Shown piece after piece: positions 10,801 through 18,867 of a DNA stretch of 32,000 nucleotides. Source of the DNA: Candidatus Altimarinota bacterium (lineage in GTDB: Bacteria > Patescibacteriota > Gracilibacteria > UBA1369); NCBI GenBank assembly GCA_041659405.1, contig JBAZYK010000004.1:96852-128851 (forward strand), written 5' to 3'. Every line of letters starts with the position of its first letter. The stretch's first letter is position 1. The translations under genes and the position numbers were made by a program. The notes beneath the pieces are model-generated. The model was not told the DNA's origin. It saw nothing but the letters and a program-made list of their open reading frames with translations, and did not search any database.

Positions 10801-13800
10801 GCTTACGTTAGCCTTCCCCTGATTATCGGTTGTAACAGTTTTCTTTTCGATCAGGACGTCATCATAACTGTTTTCAAAATAATAATCGCTGTCCACATTC
10901 TTCTTTTTTACAGTGTTCCAATTGCGTTTATACAAAGTAACTTCAGTCGATTTTCCGCCAACCACCTTGCCATTTTCATCAACACTGACAAGATCAAATT
11001 TAGCCTCTTTCCCGGCCTGAACAACATCATTTATGCTCATAATGCCAACATAATATTCACCTTCATGAACCGAAACCGTCACACGATCGGAAACACTCTG
11101 ATTATTCAAATCAAAAGCCGTAACCTCAACCGTATAAAATTGACTCATTTTTTTATCCGCAATATTTAACGGAAGTTCAATTGTGTATTCGCCATTAGCG
11201 TCTAATTTGGCTTTCCCCTGGGAGACAACGGCTGTTTGTCCCTGACAGCCAAAGTAACAGGAATATCCTTCATCCGAAAAACTAAAGAACGGACTTAAAT
11301 TATTATCACTATTCAAAAAGAAGAAATAATCCTGACTTTTTACAGTCCATTGAATCGGCGCATTTGGCAGCGGCGCGCCAAAAAAGTAACTCGCCTTCAC
11401 TTTCAATTTCAAAGTATCGCCATTTACATAACTCTTTTTATCCGTATTTAAATTGATCTGATAATCCGGTTTTCGGTACTCTGCAACGTGGAAACTCTGG
11501 TACGACCCGATGACATTACTTTGCCCCTTGCCTGTTACCACTCCATTATTGCCGACAGCAACATTTAGAAAATAATCACCTGTAGCCGCCTGATTGCCAA
11601 GTTGCAATTCACCGGCAAAACTTCCATTCGCATTTAAATCCAAAGTTTTGCTATAAACAGCATTTCCCATACTGTCATCAATCGTGACCATAGCCTGTTT
11701 TACATCCGGCAACTTAAAGGCAGCATCTTTATCAACACGCAGAATCCCTTTGAAATAAACGGTATTTCCCGGTCTATAAATCGGCCTATCCATATAAACA
11801 TAGGCATAATATTTTGGAGCGTACGGATTGTAATCAATATTAAAACTGCTTGGATCAACACCTTCACTCCAGGTGGTGTGGGTCAGCGTAATGTCATTAT
11901 TTTTCTTTCCAAAAATTAAATATTGGCGATTATAAATATTTTCAGAGCCAGCCGACGCAGGCAAATCAAAAGTCACCAAACCATTTTGATCTGTTTTTCC
12001 GCTATAAAGAGCCTTTCCGTCGGTACTGCCATTTTGTATAACCGAAATATCCATGCCCGCATTTGGTGCGCCATCAGCAAAATTTGTCGCCCAGATAAGC
12101 AGTTTTGTTGGACTCATCTTCATGGTTAATCCACTGTAGCTCACCATAAAAATATGACGTTCAATTCTTAAATTAAGCGCTCCATCTTGTCCCGCGTAAG
12201 GGTTTTTTACCTGCGGACTCGAAACATCAAAATAATAATATCCCGGCGCCATAGCCATATTCGTCTCTTTCCCAAGATCGATTTTGGTTGTTACAGTTTG
12301 ATTAAACTGCTTGGCGATAGTTTTTGAAAAGCTCGTAAAAGGTCCGGCTGGAATATTGCTGCGCCAATCAATATAACCTCGTTGATAAATTTTCTTAAAT
12401 TCTTCTTCGGAAAGTTTTTTAAAATTAAGATTCATGGTATCAACATTGGTCGATTTTACATAAAAAACAGTCGGTTTATTGGCATCCACAACAGTTATAT
12501 CGGTTGGGCTCATTACTTCAAAAGTAGGCGAAATAGCCGCAGTTTTAAAAGTAAGAACAAAGTCCTGATTCAAAGTTTTTCCAAACTGATCCTTAACACC
12601 TTTTTGAATTGTGATCTTATAATCTGTGGACGGTTTGATCGCGTAAGAAACGTTCAAAACGGTGTCACTCAGACTTAAAGTAAGGTCAGGTTGATTCTCC
12701 AGTTTGGTATCTGCATCGATGGATTTTGGCTCAATCGCAAATTTTTCTTTGATGCTGTCCAAATCCATCGGCTGGCTAAATGTCAAAGAAATGCCACCAC
12801 TTAGCGGATAATCTTTCACTCCATTTTTAGGAGCAGTACTATTAACGGTAATTTCACCAACTGTTTTAAAGAGAATTCCTTTATCTTCGCCAAGTGTTAA
12901 AGTGCCTTCCACGCCGCCAAAATCCTTATCAACTTTCACCAGATAATATTGATCATAACCCAAAGGTTGCGCCGGACTTAACATCAAAGTTTTCTTTAGT
13001 TCTTCAGGTTCCGGCAATGTTATTTGAGTATCACCTTCTTTATATTCACTATCGGTTTTAAACTGATTCAAAGTGTAATAAGAAACCTGGAAAGGTACTT
13101 CGGCCCAATCATTGGCATTAAATTGTTTCAAGACGTCTTCCGTTGATTGTGGAGCAGATTTACCTGAACCACTAATGTTAGTACTCTGCGGGCAGTCTCC
13201 TCCACATCCAAAAAATTTCAATCTATTCTTATCACCCTTATAACTCCACAAATGAATCTTGGATGAAGCTTTATCAGCATTCATTATCTGGTTAAAGAGA
13301 AGTTGAATATTTGAACTGCTAGCTGGAAAATCGGAAAGATCGGAAAAAAAGAGTTGAGGGCCATTATATTTGCCCAAGTTTAGTGGAACCGTATTGATCA
13401 ACTCCGGTTTCAAAGTATCAAACGTCGCCACAAAATCCTGATCGGTTTGACCACCCTCTGCCGAAAAAGTACCTTTTGGAATCGTCAAAGTATAGTGAGT
13501 TGAATATGCCAATTTATCAGGTATAAAGCGGATAGAATCAGTTCCAAGCCACTTCATTTTGCCGTTTGTTGGAGGATCAATTTTTACCGCGATTGCATTT
13601 TCAACACCCTGATCCAAAGTGGTTAATTGCGTCATCGGTCGATCAAAGTGCATCGTAATTTGCGCATCTATAGGCACATCAACCGAACTTGCAGCAGGAG
13701 AAAAAAGTAAAACCTGCGGTGGTCCGGTTATCTCAAAAACCTCTTCATAATCATAACGTAACGATTTTTGGAAAATACTTTTAGCCGCGCGATCCACAAA

Positions 13801-14322
13801 TACATTAAAGGTTTGTCCAACTTTAAATTGATCTTTTGGATAGAACATTAAAGCATTCCCGGACCAGTCAAATCGCCCTTCAACCTGCGGATTAACGCGG
13901 AAAGCCTTTTCAACCGAACCATGGTCCATCAACTGCGTAAAGACAACTTTTATTGGCGCATTATAAGAAATTTTTCGCACATTTGCCCTTAAGTTGTAGC
14001 CCTGAACTTCCGGAGCCGGAATAAATGGATAACTAGCAAATCCAACAGTAATAACCAAAAGTATAGCCACAACAAATGCCCAGCCTTTATTAAGTGATCC
14101 AAAATTAAATTTAGGCCAAGTAAATCGCGCCACACTACCCTCACGCATCACCTCTTTATGCTTCATCATTAACTTCGTCCGCAAATTCTTCTGGAACTGC
14201 GCGCGTGGAATTTCCGACGCATTGCTGGAAATTGCGCTCACCAATTTCTGCAGATCCTCAGGCCGTTTTTTGGCCTCCAGCATCTTCATGAATTCTCTAA
14301 TTTTTTTGGTGAGAAAGAACAT
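7807..14322 (-). CDS. Bacterial alpha-2-macroglobulin family protein (2171 aa) with N-terminal cytoplasmic segment and one TM helix
   Basis: Single TM (WAFVVAILLVITVGFASYPFI) near residue 80, repeated Big/MG-type beta domains, and thioester-region motif YPYGCAEQVASALLPN followed by the alpha/alpha repeat region (NGGWGLWETSEATPHLTSYVLFAL). Confidence 0.93.
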   Translation of the reverse strand: MFFLTKKIREFMKMLEAKKRPEDLQKLVSAISSNASEIPRAQFQKNLRTKLMMKHKEVMREGSVARFTWPKFNFGSLNKGWAFVVAILLVITVGFASYPFIPAPEVQGYNLRANVRKISYNAPIKVVFTQLMDHGSVEKAFRVNPQVEGRFDWSGNALMFYPKDQFKVGQTFNVFVDRAAKSIFQKSLRYDYEEVFEITGPPQVLLFSPAASSVDVPIDAQITMHFDRPMTQLTTLDQGVENAIAVKIDPPTNGKMKWLGTDSIRFIPDKLAYSTHYTLTIPKGTFSAEGGQTDQDFVATFDTLKPELINTVPLNLGKYNGPQLFFSDLSDFPASSSNIQLLFNQIMNADKASSKIHLWSYKGDKNRLKFFGCGGDCPQSTNISGSGKSAPQSTEDVLKQFNANDWAEVPFQVSYYTLNQFKTDSEYKEGDTQITLPEPEELKKTLMLSPAQPLGYDQYYLVKVDKDFGGVEGTLTLGEDKGILFKTVGEITVNSTAPKNGVKDYPLSGGISLTFSQPMDLDSIKEKFAIEPKSIDADTKLENQPDLTLSLSDTVLNVSYAIKPSTDYKITIQKGVKDQFGKTLNQDFVLTFKTAAISPTFEVMSPTDITVVDANKPTVFYVKSTNVDTMNLNFKKLSEEEFKKIYQRGYIDWRSNIPAGPFTSFSKTIAKQFNQTVTTKIDLGKETNMAMAPGYYYFDVSSPQVKNPYAGQDGALNLRIERHIFMVSYSGLTMKMSPTKLLIWATNFADGAPNAGMDISVIQNGSTDGKALYSGKTDQNGLVTFDLPASAGSENIYNRQYLIFGKKNNDITLTHTTWSEGVDPSSFNIDYNPYAPKYYAYVYMDRPIYRPGNTVYFKGILRVDKDAAFKLPDVKQAMVTIDDSMGNAVYSKTLDLNANGSFAGELQLGNQAATGDYFLNVAVGNNGVVTGKGQSNVIGSYQSFHVAEYRKPDYQINLNTDKKSYVNGDTLKLKVKASYFFGAPLPNAPIQWTVKSQDYFFFLNSDNNLSPFFSFSDEGYSCYFGCQGQTAVVSQGKAKLDANGEYTIELPLNIADKKMSQFYTVEVTAFDLNNQSVSDRVTVSVHEGEYYVGIMSINDVVQAGKEAKFDLVSVDENGKVVGGKSTEVTLYKRNWNTVKKKNVDSDYYFENSYDDVLIEKKTVTTDNQGKANVSFIPKEGGVFKVGTESKDSRGNKITSSTTVYVSSGSFVNWGQANNDRIELVADKQEYKIGDTAHVMVKSPYQNVYALVTYERGEILDKKVIKIKSNSDVIDVPITDKSIPNEFVSVVLIKGDNNQAGLAQPTGKDAIDERSVASFKMGYATLQVDTSSRKLLVSVQTNQQKYHPGDEVTINVKTTDVNGKPVKAEMSLSVVDKSVLSLVENFTADLLNDFYRKRSLGVMTSETLTKALSRINVQVESGLKGGGGGTLQKRGNFKDTAYWQAALNTNEQGVGTIKFKLPDNLTTWQILAIGATANTLVGSQKTDFIVSKDVLVRPILPRFLIVNDEITVGTIVHNYLTNAVDLDVSVEASGVTLNGSNKQRIHLGSGEEKKVEFKATVLDEAEAVITFKAIAVNDSNIGDILENKMPIHPYSFPETVATSTVIDNGDKHVETVWLPNNIDPKFGKLTIAVAPTLASSITKGIEYLMTYPYGCAEQVASALLPNVTIKQMLSLPALGKIAAKLVDQKTLQKNVESGLQALYKLQQGNGGWGLWETSEATPHLTSYVLFALNESKKAGYTVDDNVMNRGVNFLKSKIGSNSVKISQLTNSTLSSTKYDKYNLDSRAFALYVLAEMGKGDLALSNNLFDLRKNLNLSAQAYLVMDLQKLITQEKLGGAALQEVQKKIDTIKNEILARAKESPRGVHFEENTLDYQFFDTNNRTTALILQMLNRLDPANPLVPKMLRYMLLEKKNGHFASTQETAVSLMALIEYLKTSGELNVDYDGIVTVNGAEKLHKGFTENNIEAREEVTIPLKDLLQNNLDNEITAVRNGNGKMYFDMNLQYFLPTEQIKARDEGIEVHQQYFATDDKKEENPLTSIKVGENLKGKMTIIVPEDSYYVLVEDFLPAGLEGVDFSLKTSEQQLQDQNDGKGSMCLTWDCYNELWRFNHSEVLDDRMTYFADFLPKGVYEINYFVRATTPGTYHDLPAMASETYFPEVFGRSEGRMFMVTN

Positions 14323-14356
14323 ATTATAAGGTAAAATAATATTTTTTTTAATTCAT

Positions 14357-14397
14357 CGCCGGTTTAGTGGCCGGCGGGGAACCGTCTTCGCGGTCCC
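14357..14397. promoter_or_regulatory. Tandem G/C hairpins in the sigma factor-A2M intergenic gap
   Basis: CGCCGG-TTTAGTGG-CCGGCG (14357-14376) and GGG(A)ACCG-TCTTCG-CGGTCCC (14377-14397), directly after the sigma stop codon (minus strand) and before the A2M start. No T-run follows in the minus-strand direction. Confidence 0.5.
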
Positions 14398-14400
14398 TGG

Positions 14401-14985
14401 TTAAGCGAAATATTGTAAATCAGGTTTTATTTTACGAAGAGTACGGTAAAGGATAATCGCGACATTACTTTCGGAAAGACCGGTCATCTGGACAATTTCT
14501 CGATTCGACAATTCGCTAAAAAATTTCAACTGTATTACTAAAAGTTCTCGTTCAGGTAAAGTTTTCATAACCTTTTTAACCACATCGGAAAGCTCTTCGC
14601 GGGCTGCTTTAATGTGTGGCGAAGCTTTTTCTTCCGGCTCGGAAACACCGTAAGCCCGCTCAATATCGGATGTCCTGGTTTTATTATGTCTCTGGTAATA
14701 ATCATTCAAAACATTGCGGGCTATGCGGAAAACCCAGGCACCAAAGGGTACACCGCGCCATTCAAATTTTTGGATATTTTCCAGCACCTTCATGAAAATA
14801 TCACTCACCAGATCCTCGGCATCATCACGATCATTTATCTTGGCAGCAACAAAAGAATAGACCTTTGGAAAATAAAAATCATAAAGCTTCCCAAAACTTT
14901 CGTTATTTGATTTGGCATCCATCACAAGCTGTTTTTCGTCGCTGAGATCCATCTTTTTTGTGGGAGAAAAGGCGATTGATCGCAT
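14401..14985 (-). CDS. ECF-type RNA polymerase sigma factor (sigma-70 family)
   Basis: Region 2: FGKLYDFYFPKVYSFVAAKINDRDDAEDLVSDIFMKVLENIQKFEW...FRIARNVLNDYYQ. Region 4: LPERELLVIQLKFFSELSNREIVQMTGLSESNVAIILYRTLRKIK. Start may be the internal Met at ~14952. Confidence 0.92.
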   Translation of the reverse strand: MRSIAFSPTKKMDLSDEKQLVMDAKSNNESFGKLYDFYFPKVYSFVAAKINDRDDAEDLVSDIFMKVLENIQKFEWRGVPFGAWVFRIARNVLNDYYQRHNKTRTSDIERAYGVSEPEEKASPHIKAAREELSDVVKKVMKTLPERELLVIQLKFFSELSNREIVQMTGLSESNVAIILYRTLRKIKPDLQYFA

Positions 14986-15179
14986 TCCGCATCGATCACC
15001 GATACCCCAACAGTATAAGAAAGCGTTAGCATAAGCAAGGCGATCGAAAGAAAAATCACTATTAATAACAGCGCCCCAAAAAAAGTATTACAAAGTTAGA
15101 CTTTGCTCCAGACTCGGCACTTTAATAAGTTGTGCGTGCGCACAGATTTAAGTCTAGAAAATGGCTTCTGCGAGCCAAA

Positions 15180-17771
15180 TTATCTTACTTCAAAAGCAAC
15201 ATTTTTACTCTTCAATACCTTGCCATCACTCAGAACCACCTCTGCCCGCAATTTGTGTGACCCTTTTATCGGCAGCCACAAGGCACTAAAAGGGGATACC
15301 TTATTGGCGACAACCAAAGTTTCATCAATAAAATATCTAACTTCACCGGTATCAAGCGGCACCGTAACCCGCAAAGGAATTTTTTGATCTTTTAAAGGAA
15401 GCGTTCCTTCGATCATGTATTCATCGCCATTCCGTGGCGAATCAATTATCACCTCCGTAAAGTTCGCGCCCGCACTGCCCGCCGCCCCCGCGCCGCCCGT
15501 CGAGCCTGCACCGCTTGCCCCAGTCTGCGCACTCACCGTCTTCCCGCACGGCTCCACATAAGGCAAAGCCAGGCTTTCCCCAACCGCCCATTTTTGAAAT
15601 TTTGGCGGATAAACAACAAAAGTTTTTTGTTGCAGGTTGGCCGGCACGCCTTGGCTACTCAGCGCACTTTCACCTTGCGGCCCACCGCCCAGCGCGCCAC
15701 CGTCAGCGCTCCCACCCACGCAGGCATCCTGAATAATATGTCCGGAATTTTTATCGACCCAAAATTGTTTATAATAATCATCTTTTTCTTTTGGCTCTGT
15801 TCCGGGCACAAACAGTTCAAAAACCCGATCCTGACACAAATCCGTAGGCAATTTGCCGGAAATTCCACAAATTTCCACCTGTTTTAATCCCGCCGGTTTC
15901 ACAAAATCCGTTACCGCCATCCCACTTCCGCCGCCCCCCAAAGCCCCCAACGCCGACTCCATAAAATCATGCCAAATTGGACCCGCTCCATCCACGCCGC
16001 TTATATTATTCATCGGCGTTGCGTCTGCGTTTCCAACCCAAACCGCTGTTAAAAGTTGCGGAGTAAATCCAACCGTCCAGTTATCACGAAAATTTCTGGT
16101 TGTACCGGTTTTAACCGCTGCTGGCCTGCTTAATTCAAGCACGCTACCTTCTCCAAAACCGCCAAGTCTGGCCAACGGATCTTTTAAAATATCAATAATT
16201 TGATAAGCGTGTTCCTTTCCATGTTGTCCCAAAACAAATTGTTCCGGTGGGGGAGTCCACTGATACAAAATTTTCCGCTGCGAATCTTCAATTTTTAAAA
16301 TTGTGCTCAAATCCCTTTCGTTACCGTAATTCGCCAACATATTAAAAGCGCGCGCAAAATCCAGCATTCTAACTTCGGCTCCACCAAGCGTTAAAGCCAG
16401 CCCATAAAAATTCGGATCCTGATCCAGAGTATTAATTCCAATTTTTCTTAAAAAAGAAATAAACGCCTCAACTCCCACAAAATCCAAAGTTTTCACCGCC
16501 GGAATATTAAAAGAACTCGCTAAAGCATTACGCAAACGCACCGGACCATGATACCGCAAATCATAATTTTTCGGCTCATAAGCGCCGGTATCGGTCGAAA
16601 AAGTTGTGGGAACATCATCCAAAATTGTCGCAGGTGTATACCCTTTTTCCAGTGCCAGTAAATAATTAAATGGCTTAACGGCAGAGCCAGGTTGTCGCAG
16701 CGCTGTAACCATATCCACCGCTCCATCAATATTTTCATTAAAATAATTTTCACTTCCAACCCACGCTAAAATCTGTCCGGTTTTTGGATCCAAAGAAAGT
16801 AACGCTCCATTTGTAACATGTTTATCATGCAAAAGTTCAACCTGCCTGGAAACCGTATTTTCAGCCTTTAATTGCAGATTGTAATCCAGTGTTGTGTAGA
16901 TGGATAGCCCCCCGCGATTCATGATTTGATCGCCCAATTCATTGATGACATACTGCACAAAATGCGGTGCTTTCATTTCGGTTTTATTGCGACGCAAATG
17001 GAGTGGTTCTTCGTAAGCCGCCTTGTTTTCCGCATCTGAAATAAATCCATTTTTAGTCATTTGATCCAAAACATATTGCTGTCTTTTTTTTGCCGGATCA
17101 AAATACAAAAATGGATTATAAGCAGACGGCGCTTGTGGAAGCCCCGCCAGGAACGCGCTTTGGGCCAGATCCAAATCATTAACATGCTTGTCAAAATAAT
17201 CCAAAGCCGCAGAATCCGATCCATAAGCCAAATTTCCGTAATAAATTTTATTCAGATAAAGTTCCAAAACCTGATCTTTTGTATAAGAGTGACTCAAACG
17301 AACTGCATATAAAGCCTCCATAATTTTGTCACTCAGGCCGCGTTCCCTATTAACTCCAAGCAGATTTCTTACGAGTTGCTGCGGAATAGTGCTGGCTCCA
17401 CTCACAATTCTTTGCTCGCGCACATTAAAGAAGAGCGAACGCAAAATCGCCCCAAGATCAACGCCACCATGTTCATAAAAATTTATATCCTCTGCCGCTA
17501 AAGTGGCATTAATAAAATTTTTTGGAATCTGATTTAGCGGAACAAAAGTCTTTTTCCCCGAATCCGGCTGCAGAATTTCATATAAAAGCACTCCATTCCG
17601 ATCAAGAATTTTAGTAGAAGGCAACTGATTACCCGCCACAAACAAATCCGGCAACGGCATCACATAAGCAACGTACAAATAAAAACTAAAGCTTAAAAAT
17701 AGCAGCCCAAAAACAGCGGCCAATAGCCAAAATATAATGGGGTGATCCTTCCTGTGAAAAAAAGTTTTCAT
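15180..17771 (-). CDS. pbpC: Bifunctional class A penicillin-binding protein, PBP1C-like
   Basis: GT51 glycosyltransferase (EDINFYEHGGVDLGAILRSL...ASTIPQQLVRNLL), transpeptidase motifs (RQPGSAVKPFNYLLAL, KTGTTRNFRDNWTVGFTP) and a C-terminal BiPBP_C-like beta domain (IIDSPRNGDEYMI...) after a Gly/Ala linker. Confidence 0.9.
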   Translation of the reverse strand: MKTFFHRKDHPIIFWLLAAVFGLLFLSFSFYLYVAYVMPLPDLFVAGNQLPSTKILDRNGVLLYEILQPDSGKKTFVPLNQIPKNFINATLAAEDINFYEHGGVDLGAILRSLFFNVREQRIVSGASTIPQQLVRNLLGVNRERGLSDKIMEALYAVRLSHSYTKDQVLELYLNKIYYGNLAYGSDSAALDYFDKHVNDLDLAQSAFLAGLPQAPSAYNPFLYFDPAKKRQQYVLDQMTKNGFISDAENKAAYEEPLHLRRNKTEMKAPHFVQYVINELGDQIMNRGGLSIYTTLDYNLQLKAENTVSRQVELLHDKHVTNGALLSLDPKTGQILAWVGSENYFNENIDGAVDMVTALRQPGSAVKPFNYLLALEKGYTPATILDDVPTTFSTDTGAYEPKNYDLRYHGPVRLRNALASSFNIPAVKTLDFVGVEAFISFLRKIGINTLDQDPNFYGLALTLGGAEVRMLDFARAFNMLANYGNERDLSTILKIEDSQRKILYQWTPPPEQFVLGQHGKEHAYQIIDILKDPLARLGGFGEGSVLELSRPAAVKTGTTRNFRDNWTVGFTPQLLTAVWVGNADATPMNNISGVDGAGPIWHDFMESALGALGGGGSGMAVTDFVKPAGLKQVEICGISGKLPTDLCQDRVFELFVPGTEPKEKDDYYKQFWVDKNSGHIIQDACVGGSADGGALGGGPQGESALSSQGVPANLQQKTFVVYPPKFQKWAVGESLALPYVEPCGKTVSAQTGASGAGSTGGAGAAGSAGANFTEVIIDSPRNGDEYMIEGTLPLKDQKIPLRVTVPLDTGEVRYFIDETLVVANKVSPFSALWLPIKGSHKLRAEVVLSDGKVLKSKNVAFEVR

Positions 17772-17849
17772 AATAACTCAAACACGCCAAAGATTCAGTT
17801 CGTGCAAAATTATAAACCCTTTCAGCCAAATTCCTATTACAAAATTCTT

Positions 17850-18275
17850 TTACTTCCAAACCTGATACCACTTCCTTTTTGGCTGTTCCAAGAGTTTAAA
17901 TTGATTTTCCAAACTCAAAAAACGATCCTGAAACGCCTTCATAAAACGCATAAAACTTTCTTTGTCCTTCTTGTTACCTTCCAGCAAACCTTCAACGTGC
18001 GCCTGCAATTTTTGAAGATCCTGCAAAGTTGCAACCTCGGCGGAAACGGCCTTTGACTCTTCCTTGATTGAGCGTTGTTCACGATCAAAAATCGAACTCT
18101 GGCCAAGTTTATAAAACTTAACAAGACTTTCCTGGGTAATCAAATAATTAAAACCCTGTGGAGTCCTTTTTTTCTTTGCCTGAAGCTTTTTGCCTTTCAA
18201 AGCACGACGAATGGTTTGTAGCGATTTACCACTTATCTTAGCGGCTTCTTGAAGCGTTAGCAGAGTTTCAGGCAT
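17850..18275 (-). CDS. Small HTH (MerR/excisionase-like) DNA-binding protein with coiled-coil tail
   Basis: LLTLQEAAKISGKSLQTIRRALKGKKLQAKKK helix-turn-helix at the N-terminus. C-terminal charged helix (LSLENQFKLLEQPKRKW). Confidence 0.72.
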   Translation of the reverse strand: MPETLLTLQEAAKISGKSLQTIRRALKGKKLQAKKKRTPQGFNYLITQESLVKFYKLGQSSIFDREQRSIKEESKAVSAEVATLQDLQKLQAHVEGLLEGNKKDKESFMRFMKAFQDRFLSLENQFKLLEQPKRKWYQVWK

Positions 18276-18368
18276 GAATTTTTATTAAAAAATCTTTTAA
18301 AAAACTATCACCGGCATTATAGTGAATAGTCGTTTGGATAATCAAGAGAGAAAATCAAAAAATCCTTA

Positions 18369-18484
18369 TTGACCATTATGATGAGCCAATGCTACACTAT
18401 AACTACAAAGACCTTGTCTCCAAATTGTCACCGTATGGTGGCGTTTCCATGATTTCCATGGAATAGGAGCGGGGTCGTTTTTTT
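18369..18484 (+). ncRNA. Candidate free-standing structured small RNA (promoter + three-way junction + T-run)
   Basis: Possible promoter TTGACC(18369)-N18-TACACT(18393). P1 = GACCTTGTCTCC (18410-18421) / GGAGCGGGGTC (18466-18476) with one bulge. P2 = GTCACC-GTAT-GGTGGC (18427-18442). P3 = TTCCATG-ATTTC-CATGGAA (18445-18463). T7 run at 18478-18484. Pairing done by eye. Confidence 0.5.
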
Positions 18485-18647
18485 ATTTAAATTCCCAAAT
18501 ATCATCGATTAATTTGTTGATGATTTTTCTTTGTGTATTTTAAAACCTGCGTCCCCCGATTCATCTATAAAAACGATCATAGTATTTTCAATACGGTGAA
18601 AATTACTACTATCTTAGTGGTTTGGCTCTTTTGAAAACCGACTGGTG

Positions 18648-18683
18648 CAGGGCACGCAGTGATGCCTGACACCGCGTGCTCTG
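18648..18683. promoter_or_regulatory. Strong intergenic hairpin
   Basis: CAG-G-GCACGC-A-GTG / CAC-C-GCGTGC-T-CTG with loop ATGCCTGA (one A/C mismatch, one G-T pair), in the long gap upstream of the AspRS-like gene. Confidence 0.5.
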
Positions 18684-18738
18684 GAAAACATAATGCTAAA
18701 ATCTGCGCCGCCTGAGGCGGGGGGCAGGTAGCACGGGG

Positions 18739-18867
18739 CGTTTTTGGGTAAAAAAGCCTTGCATCTTTAAAAAGATATTGGTAGGATAACCCTCCTTATC
18801 ATTAAGCGCCATTTATGTTAGAAATAAGAGACCAGATAAACTTAATTGACGATAGCCATATAACCAA
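18739..18867 (+). repeat. Inverted repeat arm 1: promoter + leader + first ~17 codons of the AspRS-like gene
   Basis: CGTTTTTGGGTAAAAAAGCCTTGCATCTTTAAAAAGATATTGGTAGGATAACCCTCC...ATGTTAGAAATAAGAGACCAG... matches the reverse complement of 24595-24730 at 121/129 aligned positions, plus a 7-nt AAGCGCC duplication in the other arm. Confidence 0.93.
18759..18787 (+). promoter_or_regulatory. Putative sigma-70 promoter of the AspRS-like operon
   Basis: TTGCAT (18759-18764) - 17 nt - TAGGAT (18782-18787). The same elements and spacing are perfectly conserved in the inverted copy. Confidence 0.55.

Noticed and set aside
8254-12678. + strand ORFs 8254, 10345, 11923, 12382
   Set aside because: Antisense inside the A2M coding sequence, with no recognisable features.
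15103-17312. + and - strand ORFs inside pbpC (15103, 15515, 15594, 15659, 15853, 16520, 17061)
   Set aside because: Alternate frames of a strongly supported gene, with no motifs.
18369-18484. Interpretation of the three-way junction as a purine riboswitch or hammerhead ribozyme
   Set aside because: The overall shape is similar, but the conserved purine junction bases and the hammerhead CUGAUGA/GAAA core are absent.
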